Positions 57,849 through 64,000 of a stretch of DNA of 64,000 nt are shown here, one piece after another; position 1 is the stretch's first letter; every line of letters starts with the position of its first letter. The notes beneath the pieces were generated by a model. It was not told the origin of the DNA and did not search any database. It was given only the letters and a program-made list of their open reading frames with translations. A program made the translations under genes and the position numbers. Source of the DNA: Phycisphaerales bacterium (GTDB taxonomy: Bacteria; Planctomycetota; Phycisphaerae; Phycisphaerales; UBA1924); assembly GCA_965227775.1 (NCBI GenBank), contig OZ245777.1, positions 320,001 through 384,000 on the forward strand. The letters run 5' to 3'.

Positions 57849-58615
57849 CAGCGCACCTCCAGCAGCTTGACGTCGCCGATCAGGGTCTCGTTGGGACCCA
57901 CGCCCATCTCGGGCTTGCCGAAGCCGCCGTAGGCCAGCGACGGCGGCACGGCCAGCTGCCACCAATCACCGGCGGACATCTGCCCGATCAGCTCGCGCAC
58001 GCCCGGTGTGAGGTCGGCCATCTCGACCTCGACCGCTTCGCCCTCGGTGAACACGCGGCCATCGAGCAGGGCGCCGCGGAACGTGACGACCACCTTGGCG
58101 GCAGCGCCAACAGGCTGGCCCTGGCCCGACTCGATCACGCGGTATTGCGCGCCGCTTGGCAGCGTGACGGCGCCGGGCTGGTTCGCGAAGCTCGCGTGGA
58201 ACGCCTCGCTGCGCTCGAGGTTGCGGTCGTGTAGAGCCTTGAAGTTGGGGTCGTTCTGCAAGCGACGCTCGACGATTCGATCCTGCACGACGTGGTGGGC
58301 TGCGGCAAGCGCGTCGTCCATGGCCCTTGCGTCGACCTCGGGCTCGTTGCCCGTGACCGCGGCCGAGAAGCCCTCGACGATGCGGGCGTTGTCGAGCGTG
58401 ATGCCGTCGCTCTCGAGGCCGAAGCGGACCTCATCCCCCAAGAAGTAACCAATGGCGTAGGCGACCGCGTCGGCATCGGCCTCTCCGACGCGAGGCTGGG
58501 CTTGCTGCTGCGGGCGGGCATCGGCCTCGGGCGCGGCGTTGACAACGGCCACGCCTACGAGCGCTGCCGAAAGACCAAGGCCCAGCAGAGCGGCGGGCAT
58601 TCGAGCGTTCTTCAT
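57848..58615 (-). CDS. FkpA/Mip-type FKBP peptidyl-prolyl isomerase (degenerate active site)
   Basis: Signal peptide; AYAIG dimerisation helix; LPSGAQYRVIESG, VPPSLAYG, PNETLIGDVKLL. Confidence 0.85.
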   Translation of the reverse strand: MKNARMPAALLGLGLSAALVGVAVVNAAPEADARPQQQAQPRVGEADADAVAYAIGYFLGDEVRFGLESDGITLDNARIVEGFSAAVTGNEPEVDARAMDDALAAAHHVVQDRIVERRLQNDPNFKALHDRNLERSEAFHASFANQPGAVTLPSGAQYRVIESGQGQPVGAAAKVVVTFRGALLDGRVFTEGEAVEVEMADLTPGVRELIGQMSAGDWWQLAVPPSLAYGGFGKPEMGVGPNETLIGDVKLLEVR

Positions 58616-58657
58616 GACATTCTCCGTTCTAGGTTCCGCCTGGCTGCCGGTCAGCGC

Positions 58658-59800
58658 TCAGCGGTCGGCGGTTGATTCGTCGTCGTTCGATTGCTCCGGC
58701 GGCGCATCGCTCACGCAGCGGAAGCCAAGGTGGCTCATGGCGGTGTCCGAAGGCGCCGCCATGCGGGCGCTGGGGCGGTAGCTGGCGCAATAGCTGTCAT
58801 TGCAAAGGAACGAACCTCCACGATGGATGTAGCTGGCCGCCGCAAGCGGGTTACGCGGATCGGCAGCACGTTCCGGGCCGCGCGGATTCACAAAGACAGG
58901 GTTCGCATCACCAGCGCGACTCGACTCGGATACACGACGCACGTACTCGTCGTGGCGGTACCGATCACTCGTCCACTCCCAGACGTTGCCTGCCACGTCA
59001 TAGAGCCCATAGCCGTTGGGCGGGAAGCTGCGCACCGGCGCGGTGCGCAAGTGGCCGTCTTCGAGCGTGTTGTTATGCGGGAAGCGGCCGTCCCAGATGT
59101 TCGCGCGCTTCGGTCCGACCGGCTCATTTCCCCAGGCATTCACCGCACCATCGAGCCCGCCGCGCGCGGCAAACTCCCACTCGGCCTCGGTGGGCAGCCG
59201 CTTGCCGGCCCATCGGGCGTAGGCGACCGCGTCCTCCCAGGCGATGTGCACGACCGGGTGGTCCATTCGATTGCCAACGCCCGAGCCCGAGCCCTCGGGG
59301 TGCTTCCAGCACGCGCCAGTCGTCCAAGTCCACCACTGGTCGTAGCGGCGCAGGTCGACCGGATGATCAGGCGGAGTGAACACGAGCGAACCGGGCTGGA
59401 GCAACTCGTCGGCCGGCTTGGGCGTGCCCTCGGGCAGCTGCTTCTTCAGCTCGTCCCAATCGACCGGCCGCTCGGCAACGGTCTTGTACCCGGTCGCGTC
59501 GACGAAGGCCTTGAACTGCGCATTGGTCACTTCGGTCGCGTCGATCCAGAAGCCGTCGACACGCACGCGGTGCACCGGGGCCTCGTCCAGTCGAGCCAGC
59601 GGATCGGTCGAACCCATCCAGAACTCGCCGCCTGGAATGTAGACCATGCCCTCGGTGCTGGCGGTCGTCGCTTCCTCGGGCTGGGCCAGCGCGGCGAGTC
59701 GCAGCGACATGGCATCAGGCGGTGCGCAGCATGGCGGCGGCTCGGTTTCCGGCGGATCCGCCTGGGCGAGCGCGAGCATGATGGTGGCCAGGGCGAGCAT
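58658..59800 (-). CDS. Formylglycine-generating enzyme (SUMF1/FGE family), exported
   Basis: HPVVHIAWEDA, RLPTEAEWEFAARGG, NGYGLYDVAGNVWEW, RGGSFLCNDSYC, HLGFRC. Confidence 0.92.
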   Translation of the reverse strand: MLALATIMLALAQADPPETEPPPCCAPPDAMSLRLAALAQPEEATTASTEGMVYIPGGEFWMGSTDPLARLDEAPVHRVRVDGFWIDATEVTNAQFKAFVDATGYKTVAERPVDWDELKKQLPEGTPKPADELLQPGSLVFTPPDHPVDLRRYDQWWTWTTGACWKHPEGSGSGVGNRMDHPVVHIAWEDAVAYARWAGKRLPTEAEWEFAARGGLDGAVNAWGNEPVGPKRANIWDGRFPHNNTLEDGHLRTAPVRSFPPNGYGLYDVAGNVWEWTSDRYRHDEYVRRVSESSRAGDANPVFVNPRGPERAADPRNPLAAASYIHRGGSFLCNDSYCASYRPSARMAAPSDTAMSHLGFRCVSDAPPEQSNDDESTADR

Positions 59801-59809
59801 CGGTGGATC

Positions 59810-60796
59810 CTACGGGAAGATCGTCTTCCATTCCTTGGCCATATCGACCACCACCCAGCCGCGCTCGTTGGCCTCGTCGAGCCCGCGTTCGAGCCGGCCG
59901 ATATGCGAGTCGCGGTCGTAGGCCCACTCGCGATCGGCGTCGGTGTGGTGCACGATCATGGCGAAGCGTGGGCCATCGCCAGCAGTCGTGTACTCGAGCA
60001 TCTGGAAGTCGCCGTCGGAGTTCCCCGCAGCAAAAACGGGCCGGCGGCCGATGTGCTGGTAGATGCCCACCGGCTTGCCCTCCTTGTCGTCGACGAACAG
60101 GCCCTCGGGCTGCTTGACGAGCACGGGCACGCCGTCACGCACCTCGTACTTCGCGGCCACGCTCGTTCCCACGACCTGCTCGGGCGGGATGCTGTAGACC
60201 TCCTCGGTGAACACGCGCATGAAGTCGATGCCGCCGCCCGAGACGATGAAGGTCTTATAGCCGTTTGCTCGCAGGTACTCGAGCAGTTCGAGCATGGGCT
60301 TGTACACCATCTCGGTGAACTTCTTGCCGGTCGTTGGGTGGCGGGCAGTCTCGACCCACGCACGAACCGAGTCAGCGAATTCATCCGTCGTCATGCCGGT
60401 GTGCGAGGCGGCCAGGATCTGCATAAGGCCTTCCTTGCCGGTCGCCATTAGGGCCTTCATGTCGCCGGCGATGGCGCTCTTGAACGGCTCCTGATCTTGC
60501 CACTCGGGATGGTCGGCGGCCATGGCCTTCACGCGATCGACGGCGAAGATGAGCTGGAAGTATGCCGGCTGCTCGGCCCACAGGCAACCGTCGTTGTCGA
60601 AGGTCGCGATGCGCTCGGCCGGGGGCACAAAGTCGGGCGAGCCCTCGGTCGTGGTCTTCTCGACGAAGTCCATGATGGCCTGCTTTGAGGGGCCGTCGTT
60701 CCAGGATGGCAGCATGTCCTGCGCGCCACTCTGAGCCCGGGCGAGCACGGACGCGCACGCCAAGATCACCATCGCCGCCAGCATTCGGAGCTTCAT
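59810..60796 (-). CDS. Exported HAD-family hydrolase
   Basis: Signal peptide; FDNDGCLW.EQP, VSGGG, GNSDGD. Confidence 0.88.
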   Translation of the reverse strand: MKLRMLAAMVILACASVLARAQSGAQDMLPSWNDGPSKQAIMDFVEKTTTEGSPDFVPPAERIATFDNDGCLWAEQPAYFQLIFAVDRVKAMAADHPEWQDQEPFKSAIAGDMKALMATGKEGLMQILAASHTGMTTDEFADSVRAWVETARHPTTGKKFTEMVYKPMLELLEYLRANGYKTFIVSGGGIDFMRVFTEEVYSIPPEQVVGTSVAAKYEVRDGVPVLVKQPEGLFVDDKEGKPVGIYQHIGRRPVFAAGNSDGDFQMLEYTTAGDGPRFAMIVHHTDADREWAYDRDSHIGRLERGLDEANERGWVVVDMAKEWKTIFP

Positions 60797-60861
60797 CGCG
60801 TCTTCCCCCTTGTGATAAAGCGGCCGATCGCCTTCCAGCGCTCGGTCGCAAGTGCGGCCGA

Positions 60862-62505
<1,644 letters not shown>

Positions 62506-62787
62506 TCTCAGGCTCCTTCTTGCGTTCGGCGGCCGGCCGGCCCCCGCGCCATGCGTGCACGCACGCCCCCACAGGACGCGTCGCGAGCGTCCAGTCTATC
62601 ACGAACCGGCCCGGAGCGAGATGCGTGTTGTCCCGGCCCGGCGCGGCTCCCTGGGGATGCCCCCAAATGGCCGGAACTTCGATCGGGGCGGACCGAGGGC
62701 TGACCGGGCTCCGATTTGGGGGGTCACGCCGCGTTCGATCGGCGAGACCGGCCACTGGATTACAGCACCGATCCCCAGCGCGCACAC

Positions 62788-62818
62788 AAAACGCCCCGAC
62801 ACGCGTGTGCAGGGGCGT
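62788..62818 (-). terminator. Intrinsic terminator downstream of the FN3-like gene
   Basis: Minus strand ACGCCCC-TGCACACGCGTGTC-GGGGCGT-TTTG. Confidence 0.65.
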
Positions 62819-62841
62819 CGCAAGAAAGGACGGGAGTCGAT

Positions 62842-63537
62842 TCAGGCCGCTTCGCTCTCGGGCGTGGCGGCGGACAGCGGGCCACCCGCGCTGCCGTCGT
62901 TGCCGAAGTTGGTCACCGACGGCTCGCTCCACTCGCTGGCCACGCCGTTGCTCAGCGTGGTGCGGACGCGGTAGAGCACTTGGCGCAGGCCGACCGGGAC
63001 GGCCGGGTCGATGAACTCCTTCTTGCCGATGGTCGCCAGCGACGTCCACGGACCGACCTCGCCGGTGAGCAAGACGGTCTGCCGCTGCACGTCGTAGGTC
63101 GCGCCGCCGCCGCTGGTGACGGTGAAGGCGACCTCGATGGTGCCGTCGGTGCGCACGCGTGTGCGCACGTCCTCGGGCTGGGCGGCCTCGCTCCGGGGCG
63201 TCGGCGGCGCGGGCGGGTCGATGTGGGCCCGCTGGTACACGCCCGGGTCGCCGCTGGACTTTGCGTAGCCCTCGACGATGTCGATGAGCCCGCCCAGCTT
63301 GGTGCGCAGGTCCTTGAAGGCGTTGCGCTTGCCGGTGCTGGCGGCCTTGGCGCTGCTGGCGGCGGCCGATTGGGTTGTCTTGGCGTTCTGTGCGGTGGTC
63401 AGCGTGGTGCCCAGCTCGGCGACCTGATCGGCCGTCACGCCGATGTCCGGCGGCGTGCCCTGGTTGCCGCTCCACACGGCGAAGAGGTCGGCGGCGTACT
63501 GCAAGAGCTGCGCGTCCTTAATCGGCTTGCGAGGCAT
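62842..63537 (-). CDS. Hypothetical protein: helical N-domain plus fibronectin-III-like C-domain, no signal peptide
   Basis: AAGGA RBS; C-terminal beta pattern TIEVAF..ATYDVQR..FIDP..YRVR..SEWSEP. Confidence 0.7.
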   Translation of the reverse strand: MPRKPIKDAQLLQYAADLFAVWSGNQGTPPDIGVTADQVAELGTTLTTAQNAKTTQSAAASSAKAASTGKRNAFKDLRTKLGGLIDIVEGYAKSSGDPGVYQRAHIDPPAPPTPRSEAAQPEDVRTRVRTDGTIEVAFTVTSGGGATYDVQRQTVLLTGEVGPWTSLATIGKKEFIDPAVPVGLRQVLYRVRTTLSNGVASEWSEPSVTNFGNDGSAGGPLSAATPESEAA

Positions 63538-63640
63538 TGTTTCATCCTTGAAATGGCCCGGGCGCTGCACGCGACCCCGGGCTGCCATCCCACCCCGCCG
63601 TCCGGACCCTCCGGCACGCCGCGAGCGGCTATCGAGGGGT

Positions 63641-63668
63641 TCATCGGGGGGATCGGGAAGTGACTTTA
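63641..63668 (-). promoter_or_regulatory. Sigma28(FliA)-like promoter
   Basis: Minus strand TAAAGTCA-N12-CCCGATGA versus consensus TAAAGTTT-N11-GCCGATAA. Confidence 0.35.
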
Positions 63669-63750
63669 CCGCGTAAGCGGATTTTTCTGATATTGAAACC
63701 TCTGCAACGGCCTCTGGCTCAGATCACCCCTCAAGACAAATTAGCGGTAT

Positions 63751-64000
63751 CTATGTTGAAGGGGTCGTGGGTCCATCGCCGCTCTTGTCCGGCGGTAACC
63801 GGGGGGGCCCTGCTCGCATCAGCCGGTAGTTCTGCTTCTGGGCTCGGGTCAAGAATGCGACGAGTTGATCCTTGGAAACCAGACCAAGGACACTTAGGAG
63901 AATCACCGCGATCACAAGGAACACCGCGATAGCTACCGACGCGACTGCAAATCCCATCCAGAATCCGACATTTGTAAACACCACCAGCACCGTGGCAACG
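63751..64000 (-). CDS. Partial membrane protein (3' end), lower GC
   Basis: Open to the window end; hydrophobic ...GFWMGFAVASVAIAVFLVIAVILLSVLG... Confidence 0.55.
   Translation of the reverse strand, partial: VATVLVVFTNVGFWMGFAVASVAIAVFLVIAVILLSVLGLVSKDQLVAFLTRAQKQNYRLMRAGPPRLPPDKSGDGPTTPST

Noticed and set aside
58691..60451. 586-aa plus-strand ORF (and similar long ORFs at 55592-57052, 37890-39203, 39167-40498, 23697-24959)
   Set aside because: All lie antisense to well-supported genes and lack recognisable motifs.

Overview
GC-rich bacterial chromosomal window, most likely Planctomycetota, class Phycisphaerae. The assignment is inferred from C-terminal 'GC'-ending dockerin-like tails, CxxCGYDL..CPECG membrane proteins and scrambled operons. 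It holds about 60 densely packed protein genes, mostly housekeeping: rsmH, sppA, ftsW, murG, manA, fabZ-like, dxs, ispA, pheA, rplM-rpsI, ubiA-like, dapB, uvrB, nnrD and tatD. Also present are a GGDEF cyclase, an ECF sigma/anti-sigma pair, three exported proteins sharing a C-terminal dockerin-like tag, an all-exported sulfatase/HAD/FGE/FKBP cluster and two histone H1-like genes. No rRNA, tRNA, CRISPR array, integrase or transposase was seen. The best leads are: (i) a possible 'split' chlamydial-type Hc1/Hc2 nucleoid system, whose basic gene has a structured leader and phased A-tracts upstream; (ii) the dockerin-like tag with no visible cohesin; (iii) a broken dcw cluster in which ftsW-murG runs into a pseudo-receiver/GGDEF module; (iv) the exported sulfatase-maturation operon ending in a Tyr/Arg-rich secreted peptide. 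All family calls come from motif recognition by eye; no database search was run.
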